From Epiperipatus broadwayi (taxonomy: Eukaryota; Animalia; Onychophora): a stretch of 64,000 bases of DNA. Shown in pieces: positions 14,251 to 27,863 of the stretch. Position 1 is the stretch's first letter. Each line of letters starts with the position of its first letter. The translations under genes and the position numbers were made by a program. The notes below the pieces were generated by a model, which was not told where the DNA came from, ran no database searches, and was given only the letters and a program-made list of their open reading frames with translations. Location of the stretch: positions 26,846,001 to 26,910,000 of the forward strand of contig JAQFVV010000003.1 of the NCBI GenBank assembly GCA_028023455.1, read 5' to 3'.

Positions 14251-17200
14251 CTGAAATTAAAGCGGTAAAATGGAAAATGTTTAAAAATTAATCATAATGT
14301 GTTGGCATAATTTAAATGTAACTTATTAATGAATATTTTTTTAAAAAATTAATTTATTTAATTCTAAAAAAAAATTTGCAAATCTTATTGAGAGAAATTT
14401 TAATACACTAATAAAGATATTGCTTCATGAGAAAAATTAATAATAAAAAAATGCACAAAAAAATATTCCTATACTTGTTAATTTATTATTTAAAAAAAAT
14501 AAATAAAGTGAAAAAAGATAATAAATTTAAATTTATTATTTACATAAATTTACTTGATTATCACATGATTTTGCATTTATATTTAGTAGAAAATTCATTA
14601 TAAAAGATTGATACTTTATGAATAAAATTTAGAATATAATTGCAAACTATTTGCTCTTATATTTTGTATACAGTTGAAAATATGTAGTGAATAAATTGAC
14701 ATGATTTCTTAATAATTCAGCTTTTAAAAATAAAAGCTGAACTATAATATACATATTGAGCACTTGTTTTGCTACAATATATTGAGTTAGAGTGATATGA
14801 TCCTTGCACAAGTATTGATATTGACCTCCTTTTTTTTAAATCAGTTTTTTTTTGTTGTTGTTGTTGTAAATGAACTTTTCATTTAGAATTAAATATATTT
14901 CCAGTTATCTTACTGAATTGTGAATTAATAAATATTTGTAAATCTTGTGAATAAATTAATCTTTATATATAAAAAAAAAAGTGTGATGAATAAAATTGTC
15001 TACACTATATCAAATATCAGATATAATTTTGCACTAACATTAAAATTCTCATATCCCCCCCCCCATAAACTTTTAACATAGAGTTGCAAATTTTTGATTT
15101 TGTGTGTCATACAGAATTGTGAATCAATATATTATATATTCATATAGTTTATGGATAAATTAAACTTATTCATAAAAAATTTTTTTTGGATATAATACAG
15201 TTTTCTTTGTTCACATTATATTGTATTTAGTAGCTCATGTTGTTTATGTAGACATTAAAACTACCACCATATTTTACTGATTTTTCCTTTATCAAAATGA
15301 AATTTTATTTTAGGATCATTTTGCTGTTGTTGCTGTGGATCAAAATATGAATAATTTAAATTTTTTCATAAAAGAGTGTGCTATGGATATTATATTTTTT
15401 GACTTAACTGTTTTCTCTTTCTTGTCTAGACTGACATTAAAACTGTCTCCATATTTTTTATGTTGTCATATGTTTTAGAATTGAACTATTAGCAAGAATT
15501 ACAAATATTTTAATTTTATATGTCATGCGTATAGATATTCACATATTATTTAACCATTTTCATTGATGTAAACAATAAGAGAATTATAGTCTTTGTGCAT
15601 ATTCTTGGAAAGATATATTGTCTGATTTAAACAGCTTAAAAAATAGAGAATTTTGAATTCCTGCAATTTGAAATAATGGTAATCTGCTGGTATCCAGTCT
15701 TCCATTATTTTTCTATCATAGTTAATTTTTTCAAAATCACAAGTTATACAATTTTATTTTCATATTTTATTAGTATATTTTCTTCTTTAAATTCACAGTT
15801 TGCTTTACTATCTTTTTCCTCCATTTTTTTTGTATTTCTTTTTCTATTATTATTAATATTATTTAATCTTCATGTGTATGCTTGCTTTTATTTTATTTAT
15901 ATATTGATAATATCTAGCAATTCCAAAATGATGATTATTTTCTTATCCACATCATTTTTAAATAATATATATTTTGATTCTTTGTTATAAATTATATTTA
16001 ATTAAATCCATTTCTTCTTTTGATCTATATTCATTATTATTACCAATTTTCAAAAAACTTTTTTTTTATTCTTTTAATTATCTTCGTTTTTGTTTCCCTT
16101 TTTTTAAAAAAAAAACAACAAATAAACAAACAGATAATCTATTACACAGTTTGTTTTCATTGTTCTATTAATAAACTTTTAAATTGATTCAGACTTTCTT
16201 TAGATCTTTTCCTTTTTAAAATAATTTTCCTTCTATTATATAATTTAATTCATTTTTATTAATATCTCTAATATTTATTTTTTAAAAACCATATTAATAA
16301 ATTCCTTGAATTTTATTATATGGCTTTTTATTATTAATATTTAAAAATTGTTTAAAGTTAATATTGCATGATTTAAAGATAATTTTTTCTTTCTTACATT
16401 TATTTAAAAATATGAGTTATTCTGTTAATTCTTCAGTTTTTCTTTGATCTTCTAATATATTTCAATTTTAAATCGGTACATGATGTTGAGTTTCAAATTC
16501 GTACAAATAGTTCAGTTTTTTTAAGGGGGGGGGTATATTTTTGTATCTTTATATAAATTGTATATTATTGAAAAATATATGTTGATTTTTCTATTAAAAT
16601 AACAATGTTAATACAATATATGGATATATCTTACTGTAATAACAGAATTGGATTTATTTATTCCCTATTAAGAGAATTAGATTTTTTTTCATTCAGAAAT
16701 ACATATTTCAACAAATCCACTTATTATAACTATTTATTAATTATTCATATTTAGTAACATAAATAATGAAACAATAATAAATAAAATTCAAATTAAAAAT
16801 ATATTTTTTTTTTTTTAAGAAAAAATTTTCTTTATTGTTTACAGAAGCAGACCTGACTAGCTTTTAAATCCTCTATCAACTTTCAGGGATTTAAACAAAT
16901 TTAAAATCTTGCTATGGATAATGACAATTCTTAAAACAATATTATGTTTGGCTTGATCTTCATTCTTTATTATTAAAAGGTTTTTTTCCATTTTTAAATA
17001 AGATTATCATACCTTTTAATTATTATAATGTTAATAAGAATAACACTTAATTTCTTTTGGAAACTTTTCAAATCAATCAAAAGATTATAGCCAAGTTGAT
17101 CACAGATATTTCTTGCTAGCTATCTCATTCAATTCTTATTTATCATTTAAAATATGTTTATGCCAATTGGAGTATGTTGCTTCTAAAACCTTTAGAAGCA

Positions 17201-17461
17201 GTACAGTGCATTGTATTGTGCTATAAATGTATTATATTTAATAAATAATACATTAAATTTTATCCACTAATTATCCAATATATTGTATACATAGCAATAT
17301 TGGACTTCTATGAATCAATTTACAGTCTTAAAAACACTAACATATGGTTTATGAATGAAATATTGTGACCTGTAAGTAATGTAGTTTAATTAAAACATTA
17401 AGAAAAGCTTGTAAAGCTTGGATTAATAGAACTGAAAATAATGTATGAAAATAATGTATAC

Positions 17462-17705
17462 CCCCAGACTAGTTTCTGGCTTGTAGTCTCCTCACTGACG
17501 AAGACCACAAGCCAGAAACTAGTCTGGGGATATTGAATGAGTAGGCACTAGATGGGGTTTTATGCACAAGCCTTCTGGCATCCATTGATTATTCTGGCTT
17601 GCAGTGAGTGGCAATACATATAAAGAGTTTTATCTGTTTTAATAACAGTTATAAGCAAGCATAAGAAATGATGATCATGTGATGTTTATTGGCTTAAAAC
17701 CAATT
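17462..17705. mobile_element. Family A older copy, short inverted left arm plus ~215-bp right arm
   Basis: CCCCAGACTAGTTTCTGGCTTGTAGTCT followed by CTCACTGACGAAGACCACAAGCCAGAAACTAGTCTGGGG; continues as diverged homology to 49950-50160. Abuts a 13-bp tandem GAAAATAATGTAT x2 (17434-17459). Confidence 0.9.
17489..17530 (+). ncRNA. Minimal type I hammerhead motif (family A), stem II mismatched
   Basis: TCCTCA-CTGACGA-AGACCACAAGCCA-GAAA-CTAG-TC-TGGGGA; G>A in stem II. Confidence 0.6.
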
Positions 17706-18807
17706 CTGTATAATCATAATAAAATTTTAATGTTTTAATGGTCATTTTATTTCTATATGAAACATTCTTAATTTATTTTCTGAGAAAGGGAACATCAAAT
17801 AATGACAGTTGAAATAAATTATCTATATTGATGGCTAGTATATTAAATTCATAACAATGTAAAATTAATTTATAGTTTTACATATTTTAAAAAAGCTATA
17901 AAGTATGTATTAGTAAAATCAAAAATGAATATTAATTATTATTAATATGACTATGTAAATTACATATAGATGCCAAAATAAATAAAAAAACAAAACAAAT
18001 TTACATTAAGATAAAAATAAGAAACTTGTACAAGATAATTTTCATTGATAATGACTCAAAAAAATTATTTTATTTTTAAGCGGTGGGACTTCAACTTTAA
18101 GTTGAAGCTATTGAAAGTTTAAATTTATAATAGCAAAAATTTTATTCTTATTGATACTATGCAACATGTATTTTTAAAATCATATTTAATGAATAGTTTT
18201 TAATATAATTGTATAGATTTAAAATAGATCATTAAAAAAACATGGTTAGAAAAAATATTTTGTTTTTACAAAATTAATAAATTTTTACTTTAAAAAAAAA
18301 AATTAAAAAATATTGAATTTTTTTTGTTTGTTTTTTAATGTAAAAACACTAGTATAAAGAAAATATTTGTATTAAGAATTTGGTTTGTCACTATATTAAA
18401 CAATTATATGTTAAAATTTTGGTAAATTGATTTTTCATACTATTGACTTTTTTGCATAGTTGACTTTCAAATAGTTGAGCTATTTTTCATTCTCCTTTTC
18501 ATCTGACAATTTGTAGCTGTTGGAAATTAACTATATACCTATTTATTATATTTATCTGCACTGTTATTCCAAATCAGTCTCATTCAATAATAGATGATCT
18601 GAATCAATAATTTATAAAAATAAAGATTGAACTCTTTTTTTACTGGTGTATAAGACTTCTTCAGTAGTAATGAGGTTCCATCATATAATCATGTTTTTCT
18701 ATGTAGTCAAAGCCTTACATTTTTCTGACCAACACACATCTTGCCCTGAGATTTACATTATCCCCATTTAAAATTATTTAGATATTACATTTATAATGAA
18801 TGTCTAC

Positions 18808-18831
18808 CTGAGTTGATTACACAGCAACTAT
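18808..18831 (-). CDS. Candidate 24-nt micro-exon (xSCCVINS)
   Basis: Strong acceptor TTTTAATTTTTCAG, donor CAG|GTAGAC; only the phase 1-1 frame is open. Confidence 0.2.
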
Positions 18832-21196
18832 CTGAAAAATTAAAACTTTATCAGGAAATCTTTAACTATTTAAAAAAATCTTCAAATTCACATTTGATTC
18901 CCATATCACAATCTAATATATTATGAAGCTCTTTTGATTATTATATTTGCTGAGATCATATTATAGAAACAAATCATAAGAGAAAGATGGGATCCTAGAC
19001 TACCACCACATTGTTTAATATGAAGCAAAGAATAAATATATTGGAGACAATGAATTAAGATCCCATGAAAGTCAAAATTAGCAAGCAAACATATATATAA
19101 ATAATAACAAGTTTTAAATTGTTTTGTTAGTATTGATATTGAATGATTACTCTTTGAGGGAAAAGGTGTGACTGGATTAATAAATATCAATCATATTGAT
19201 CAAAGAATAGTCATATATATATAAACAAATTAATTGCTTTTGTTATAATCTCTCATTGAGTAAATTATAATAATTGTGAATAAATTTGTTAAACATAGGA
19301 TTTCAAATTAAAGTCAGCCATTTGCATTCTTCTTTATTCATTTATCAATTTATCACACAATTGGGCAATAAAGATAGTAATATAAATATTCCCTGAAGTA
19401 GAATATTATGTGTACTCTCCCTAAGCTCGAACTCTGTGATAAATGGAATATAGAGATGGAGAAGAGAGATGAGTATGCATGTAGATATCTGATGTAGGTT
19501 CATATGATTACTTGTCATCTCTTAGGATCGAGATCAAAGTGGATATGAATCTAGAAGTTTAAGAATACTAGACATACTTTTTTATTCATTCTGATGGCCT
19601 ACCAAGTATACTACTATGCAAGATTAAAACCTGTTTCATTACCATATGTATTATAATAAAAATATATGCAATAAGAAACAAAGAGCAGATTAAAATCCTA
19701 TTTTTATTTTTGAGAATATATGGTAACTTTAATAAATATACTTTTAATAATATTTAAATGATAATAGCAAGTTTATTGCAAACAATTGAGTAAATTATTC
19801 AGAATTTAGGAAAAGAGTTGTAATCTGTTGCAAATACTTTAAATTACTATCACTGGCACAATTTTATATTGTATTACTTTATGTTTGTAAATATTTCCAT
19901 GAGAGAGAGAAAGCATAAGCTACTACTAATATTTTTGGATTACTGTCATGCCACAGTGGCAAAATGTAACTTTTTAACTCTGTATGGATTTGATTCAGTA
20001 AATTGCTTTTGCAAGACAGAAGTGGGATGTTATGAAAAAGTGTTATCAGAACAAAATATTTTGGAATTGTTTGTAATGTAATATTCAGTAACAAGTTAGA
20101 ATAAATAAATGCTTGATTATATTATTTTTATAAAAAAGAATAAACATAAAATGATTTTGTTATATAAAAAATATATAATCATTAAATGAAAGCAATGTTT
20201 CTCTTTGATATACATTTCAGTGCATAACCACTATGCCATGAGACTTTGATATAATATATAAATTATTTAAACTATAATAGATTTAATTATTGTATTTATG
20301 TGGAATTGGATTTAATCAGAATATTATATGCTTGTTTATTCATAATATTAATTTCTCATTTCAATGCAAATAATTAAATCTATATTATACATAAACCTTT
20401 TTTTTTATACAATGAGTTATTTAATTTTCCCCTAATATTAATTTTAAATACCAGTTATGGCCATGTGTTGTATGAAGCTTCTACAATTAGGGATTAAAAT
20501 AATATCTTTTTTATTATTGTTTGTGTGATTACTTATCAACACCCATCTAATCACCTATTTGAGTCTTGATTTATTCGTTTTTCTGAAAAAGGTGCTATTA
20601 AAAAGATACCAAGCTTACTGGGAAATTCTATTGATAATTTTAAAAAAATTAAACTAGTCAATTTCACTCTTAAATTTGAAATTTTTTTATGTTGACTTTA
20701 ATGCATTGTAGCTCTTTATTTTTATATGTTTTTAATTTACTCTATTTTTTTTTGTCTATATACTTGAATAAAATCTTGAAACTTGATTTTTCCCCAATTT
20801 CTGATCAAATTGAAACTTTACATACATATGGATTTCCGATGACCCATATATATTTTTAGAGTTTGAAAATAATTTGAATACATTATATAATTAAAAACAA
20901 AATAATTTGAATACAAAAAAAAATTAGCAAGACATTAATTTTTTTTAATTTTATATGCGATTCAATACTCTTTTTGGAAGTCCATCTAGAAATATATAAA
21001 TTATAGCTAAACATTCTTCATTACTACTTTCATGAGCTATGTAAGATTAAAAAGTAATATATATATAAAGAAATTATTTTATTCACATAAATGCATTAAA
21101 AAGTTAAAAAACAACAACAACACACACACACAAAAGATGTGGTGCAAAGAACATTAAGTTAAAAGTGTTAAATAAAAGCCCCATACTTTTTCTTTT

Positions 21197-21322
21197 TTTC
21201 ATATGTCAAAGCATCGGCAGGGAGGCGAATCCACGACAACTGTCTGCAAGCAACTGCTTGCTTGCTGCTTGCTTGTTTGCAAGGCAGCTGTGCTGACCTC
21301 TCGGCTACCAGCGCTTGACTAC
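21197..21322 (-). mobile_element. tRNA-like SINE copy
   Basis: A-box-like TAGCCGAGAGG (21297-21307), B-box-like GGATTCGCCTCCC (21220-21232), 5' GTAGTC, A-rich 3' end. Homologous to 48158-48274. Possible 11/13 TSD (21184-21196, 21320-21332). Confidence 0.65.
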
Positions 21323-22999
21323 TTTCACTTTTGATTGAATAATACCAGGAAGACTGTGAAAGTTAAAGAAAATTTATTTTTTACACTTTTAGTGCATGTA
21401 CACAAAAGCATTTCATTAAAAAAAAACTTTTAATATTTGTTATAAACATACTTCCTTACTTTTTATTTTGTTTAGTTAGAGTTAATATTTATAATAATAT
21501 CATTAAATATGCTTTATGAATAACATTTATATGGTTCTATAATTAAAAAATGAATTAAACCACTCTCATAAAGTCTCAATTATTATGTAATTAGTACTTA
21601 GAGATTTACATTATGTCATTATTATGAACAAGTGCATTTAAGTGCTCTCAACTAGCTCATTGTGAAAATAAGATATATATAATAGCCATAGTTTAAATTT
21701 TCAATACAAGATTCACAGGACAAATCTTATGAGACCTTTTCTCTCTTCAACATTTGTATCGAGCTCTAAGCAGTTATTAACTACATATCGGAATAGCTTG
21801 AATCATTCATAGTAAACAGATTTTACTTGTTTTATTTTTTAAATATGATTCAAGCTTATTCCATATTTGGAGTTGGCGATATTCAAGTGTTTGACACTGT
21901 TGTTAAAGGGTTCCCTAAAATTGTTCTTATGAGCCTCATATTATCATAGTCTGCAGTTAGGAATTTGTCTATTATATATAACATTTTACATCTTAGTTAA
22001 GAGTTAAAGCTCCTGGATTGATTTTTGGCTGAGTAAAGCAAAAAATTATTTTAGTCAATTGAATGGAACTATTATGCTCAACGACACGATTACCTAATAT
22101 CTAACCATATGATTAAATATTTTTAATATATATAAAACTAAAGGTTTTTGTGTTTTAATTCATAGAAATTATTCATAAAATGATATTGAGAATTTTTTTT
22201 CTTCCTCCCACTTGTTTAACTAGTAATACATCAAAATCATTTTAAGCATTTAGTAATCAGTGTAAAAGTATTCAAGGCATAAATCATTTTCCTATCTTTA
22301 ATTCACCTTGATTGAGCAGTAATGTTTCAAGCTGTAAGGCTAGCCACGTACTCTCTCTTATTAAAAATCAAAATTATAAATCATTTTATCTGCATATGTA
22401 ACTGTGTAACTATTTTAATTTCACTGGTCAGAAACTATAAGGTCAATATTCGTTAAGATTTTAAAATGAATTAATAATATTTTAGGTGTGGTCACTATCT
22501 TAAAATAAAATCCATATTTTTAATCATTATTTGCTTTCTATTAAGCAAAGATCCACATTAAACTTTTTAAAAATTAACATATTGAATTATTTAATCTCTT
22601 TCTTTTAATTAAGAGGGGATTTTTTTACAGTGTAGTTGTTGAGAAATTTATCTAATAAAACCTATATAATTATTGTTTGCAGTAATTTTGTACTCCTTAT
22701 TTAAATAAATTATTAGTGATTAATTACGATTTTGGAAGTAATACTTTATTTAAGCAGTAATATTATTATTATTTTCGCTCTCTCCCTCTGTTTTCGAACT
22801 TCAAATTATAATTTATATTTCATTATCAATTAAAAATTATAAAAGTAGTTCAAATATACAATATTTTAATTTACTTGTAATTTTAAAATCATTATTATTT
22901 TTAACATTCTCAATCCTAATGTTAATTACCATGATTTAGTCTTATCTTATTCACTACTTATTTTTTAATCATACAAATTCTTACTTATATCATATTAAC

Positions 23000-23320
23000 T
23001 AGGTATCCTTTTCTTGCAATTATTTCCCCTAGTTGCTTCATCCATTCTTTTTTGAAACATTGTCCTTATCAAAACTCTGAATGCTTAACTCATCTAGTTT
23101 TTTTAAGCATTAATCAAAATTCTTCTTTTTTTTTTATTCTATTCAAAAACTTTATTTGATCTTCTTTGAGTGGATATGATCTTCACTGTTCACCTCCAGA
23201 ACTCAAAAGCTTAAAATTCCTTTATCCCTGTTTATATCACTGTCCAAATTGTTGAACCATTCTTTAAATATAAGTTTTTGATATTGTCATCATCTTTTCT
23301 TGTGCTTCACAAACAGTTAA
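23000..23320 (-). mobile_element. Decayed RTE-type LINE 3' fragment
   Basis: WTV (23238-23246) and AFEFWR (23193-23210), corresponding to the RTE ETWT...AFEMWCWRR segment; same region as 8.4-8.7 kb. Confidence 0.55.
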
Positions 23321-23324
23321 AGCA

Positions 23325-23655
23325 GTGGAAACTTTTCCATACAATAGTGCTCTAGTAAACATCCAATATTCTCAGACTACTGGATAATGGTGACTGTGGT
23401 TATTAAAATAAATCAAGGTCACCAAAATATATAGATAAATGAATTAGATTTAAATCTCTATGACTATACAAGCAAATTTGTTTGGATTGAAACTTTATTG
23501 TATTTTCAGTTTGGGCTGATAGTTTCATAATTAACCAAAAAAGTAAACATTGGATGCTGAAGGAGTGCATTAGATCTAAAGATCCAGGTGCACTGCTTTG
23601 AAAATTCAAGGCTCCTCACTGATGAAAACTATAAACTAGTTGGGATATTGGATGT
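23325..23655. mobile_element. Family A highly decayed copy, inverted arms
   Basis: Minus arm CATCCAATATTCTCAGACTA (23360-23379). Plus arm 23381-23655 collinear with 50165-50445, including GGCTCCTCACTGATGAAAACTATAAACTAGTTGGGATATTGGATG (damaged HHR). Confidence 0.75.
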
Positions 23656-23807
23656 AAAGGTACTTGATAATGATTATAATGCACAATTTTCTACCATTTA
23701 TTGATTACTAGAGTTTACACATTGTATTAAATAACATTGTGCTAAATTTTAAATGAACAAATGAAATAAAAAAAAAACTTTGATTATTAACCAAATTAAA
23801 GCTACTA

Positions 23808-23913
23808 TGAAGTTAAATATTTTCAAAAGATAGTACCAGAGTTTTGCTATAAATGCTAAGCTGTAGCATTTATAGCAAGACTCTGATGTTAACTTTTGAA
23901 AATATTTACTTCA
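23808..23913. repeat. ~106-bp hairpin / MITE-like palindrome
   Basis: ~50-bp inverted arms TGAAGTTAAATATTTTCAAAAG...TTGCTATAAATGCTA around loop AGCTG. Confidence 0.85.
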
Positions 23914-24543
23914 ATATATATATATGAATTAATAATTTTAACTGATGTTTACAGTTTACTATTTTCATTGGTCACTGCCTGTATCATCTGACTGTGATTT
24001 TTCTAAAATAAAAAAAGACATTTCCACTTTCTTAAAAATATTTCAAATATTACATTTTTTGGATACTTTTATTTGACAAATTCATCTTTAGATTAATATA
24101 GGGTAGAAATTACTTTAATTTTTCATAGCTACATATTTATAATGATGACATGCAAAAGGTCATGACCTGGCCCAATTGAAGAGCTGTGATTCCCGCTAAA
24201 TATATATCTTAGTAATAATTTGTCCTTTTTCATATGTTTTTACTCATGTGAATGAAGTGTATGTGGCAAAATAAATTTTTTAACTATATCTAAAATATTA
24301 AACTTATATAATAAAAAAAGTTAGAATTAAAATAGAAATACCCTATGGTGCATTTAAGAATAGATGTATTATTAATATAGTTACATGTTGTACTATTTTC
24401 CTTATCTAATGGATTTGTTAAATGTTTTCAGAAAAATTTATTGTTCTATTTCCAATTACATTCAACAGTTGTAATAATACAGAAGTTAGTATGAAGCATA
24501 ACATTACGAATGGTCATTTTTTCCTCACTTTTTCAGATCTTAC

Positions 24544-24645
24544 TGGGCTGAATAGTGAAAGCTAGCATAGGAATTGAACAAATGACATCACATTCATGAA
24601 TGCTAATATTAAGGTGACATTCTAACCGAGATAATACCTGAATAT
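24544..24645 (-). CDS. Candidate exon (D)IQVLSRLECHLNISIHECDVICSIPMLAFTIQP
   Basis: 102 nt open frame, phase 1-1, TTCTAG acceptor, CCA|GTAAGA donor. Confidence 0.4.
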
Positions 24646-25609
24646 CTAGAATATTTTCTCAAAGATAATAATCATTAGAAATTTTATACTCTTATCTGTG
24701 GGAGTCGCCTCATTCTTCCATTTTTCCCTTTTAAAAGGAAGGTTTTAATGAATGTTTTTCAAAGATTACACATATGATTTCTTTAAATTTTTCATTTTCC
24801 CCCTGTTTTCTTCTCTGCCCAATATTTTTGTGATTTTCCAATCAAACATATATTCATTGATAAATACATAGTTCATTACTTTAACACATCCCCCCCCCCT
24901 TTAACCATTTTTTGATGGAGTGTCTAGTTTGTCCAATACATATGTGTCCATATTCAGGTAATGTTTTATAAATGTCAACCTTATTTTTCAATATTTTTAA
25001 GTTTAAATTTTGTAGAATAAAATTAGCATTTCTGGAAGTATGAAATGGTGCTTTGAAAAACTATTCTATTATATTGGTTGCAGATTTTCTTTAATTTGTC
25101 AGTCATCCTTGTTATACACTTCAGTACCTACCAAAATTTTTTTCATGTTTCTTTTTCTAATCTATTTAAAGTTTGCTTAATGATCACTGATAGATAATTA
25201 TTCTTCAAGAGAATTTATTCTGTGTTGTATTTTTTTTTCCTAAGTCATTACTAGCTTTTAATCAAATTTGATTTTTTTAAAAGGTAGTATAATTTCGGTT
25301 TTCTCTGTATATTTCTGCAAGCAATAAAATTAAAAAATTGTTTTAAATTTTTTTTTAAAAAATTTTTTTAAATATAACTTTGTAGCCATCTAATATTATG
25401 TTTATCAGAAAATTAAATAAAATATGTTATTATGGTTTGCAGTAGATATTGTTGCAACACACATCTTAATTGACATGGGTAATAACTTAATGGCTACACA
25501 CTTCTGAAGATTGTGATTGTTCACTGATAGTCTGAAAAATATACATAAGCAAACAGTAAAAGATTATTATAAATTCTAAGCAATTAAAAAAAGAAAAGAA
25601 AAAGATCAC

Positions 25610-25678
25610 CTTCTTTGATGATACATCGCAAATGTAAAATACATTCTAATTTTGTTGCTTGGTAAAAATAAACATCAC
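25610..25678 (-). CDS. Candidate exon (G)DVYFYQATKLECILHLRCIIKE
   Basis: 69 nt open frame, phase 1-1, TTGTTTAATAG acceptor, GAAG|GTGATC donor. Confidence 0.4.
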
Positions 25679-27271
25679 CTATTAAACAATAAGCTAAAAT
25701 ATTTACAATACAATTTCAATATTTAAATATTAAACTGAAATCTAATAATAGTTATTCTTTTTACACTTTAAATATGTATTTATAATGTAACATGTTATAT
25801 GTTAAAATTATCAGGATTCAAATTGGAATTATAATAATTAAAAAAAAAAAAACATTTACTAGTGTAAAAAAAAGTTTTAAATCAGTAACTGGTGAAAATT
25901 ACATTAATTTAACTTTGATTTGTAAAAGTATTAAAAAAAAACTACTTTAAATATATAATCTAATTTTCAAGACTTTTCTTTTAGTAAAAGGAATACATCA
26001 TATATTTTCTATCTCACATTTTATTTTAAACCAATCTTCTTTTACAGATCTTTAGGCAAGTTGTAAGCAACCTAAACTATAATCACATAAAATAATTGAC
26101 AATATCTAAACTATAATATTTGCATTCATGTAAATTCCAGATGTAATTTATTGGTCAGATTTTTTTATCTCTATCACTTAATGAACTTAATCATCTAAAC
26201 CTCATCATAGCACTCAGTTCTCACACTTCTACTGCCTATTCATGAAACTATGGTGGCATATCAAAGATTAATTTATTAAAACCATAACTATCAGCAAAGC
26301 ACAAGCAAACAATTTAGTTAAAACAAACAGTAAAAAAAAAGATGATACAATGTTACTAAGAATGTACACTGTAAAATGTGTTATGTCGACTTGGGAACTA
26401 ATTTAACTTCAGGAGTCATAATAACTGCAAGGATTACAAAGAATTAATAAGGTTCTACAAATAACATAGATTGAAATCCAGTTCATTCATATTATTAATA
26501 ATCTAAAACAAAAATGCTGTCATTACACTATTGCTGTTAATCTACTACATTCATAACACTGATAAAACATCCATTTTCCAGAGGCTTTTCAGGTTAATGA
26601 ATTTTTTGGATTTCACAAATAAATCGTTTATTTTTTTCATTGTAAATCCAAACTCTGCTAATGGGGGGGGGGGGGCAGTTAATTAATTTGTATATACAAA
26701 GCTAAAGATTACTTTTAATATTTTGTTTGAAGAGAAGATTTTCAATAATAGATATTTAGATCAAACCATTTTACCTGTATTTTTAAACAAATTTTTGGAT
26801 TAGAACTTTCTGCCTGATTACAAACAACCGACTATACTTGAACTTTAAATACATAAAATCATATTAAGTAATGATTAGTTTGTTTCAATTATTAACTTTA
26901 AATTTAAAATATATATATACAGTATTTTCGTATTCATAATAAAAAAATACTCAAATAATATATTCACTATTTATTTAAAAATCTTGTAAAATATAACTTC
27001 TTTATCCTAAATTTTTATGTGAGAGATACAAGTTAAACTTACAAATAATTAAAAAATTAAGTGTAATCTACTATTTACAACTATTATTTTAGATTTTCAA
27101 TTCTCACTGTAAATTAATGCTCATTCCATTATCTCTTCACAGCAAAAGAAATGAATATTGAAATATCTAAAACTCTTTTACTTTTATTCAATGCTTTCAC
27201 TGATTTAAAATTTGAAAATACAATTTTTTATTTTATTTTAGTTAGCAAAATTTTAAGTGAATTCATCTTAC

Positions 27272-27303
27272 CATAATCAGCACTAATATATTCCAGGTAC
27301 AGT
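27272..27303 (-). CDS. Candidate exon (R)LYLEYISADY
   Basis: 32 nt, phase 2-1, TATCACAG acceptor, strong ATG|GTAAGA donor. Confidence 0.35.
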
Positions 27304-27863
27304 CTGTGATAATAACACATTTGAAAAGACTACCACTGAATCTTAAAACTGCCCACAGATTATTGTTGTTTGATATGCATCTCTAGTCCTATTCCTTATA
27401 ATCTTCTTTTAGAAGTAATCAACAATAGCGCATGCCCAAGATTCACTGCTTTCCTTACTTAACCATCAGAATCAAAATAAAAAATACCTTAAGAATTTAA
27501 CTTCATCTGTTTCCTTTATAATTGCAGATTACTGTGGAGTCAGATATTTTAAATCAAAACTTAAAAATTAAAATACTTATTTAACATTCCTAAATAATTG
27601 ATCCTCTAAATGTAATAAACGTGCTTAACTTTATTACAGAGGAATTCTAAATGATTTCTCGGAACCTATAAGTTTTTATTTGAGTTTTAATATATCTATG
27701 TATAATAGTGTCTACAATGATTTTAAAAATTAGGAAACAAACATGCAGTATATGGTAAATATACGCTTCTAATATTTCCTGATAAGTTCCAACATGAAAT
27801 GTATTTAATTAAATATTCCAACCAATTAAATCTCTCATATGATGTATATATATATTTCCAATA

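Noticed and set aside
24537-24613. Plus-strand exon after a strong TTTTTCAG acceptor
   Set aside because: Stops in all three frames; the minus-strand reading is open.
27488-27531. Minus-strand exon SAIIKETDEVKFLR
   Set aside because: Good donor and phase, but the nearest acceptor is followed directly by in-frame TAA.
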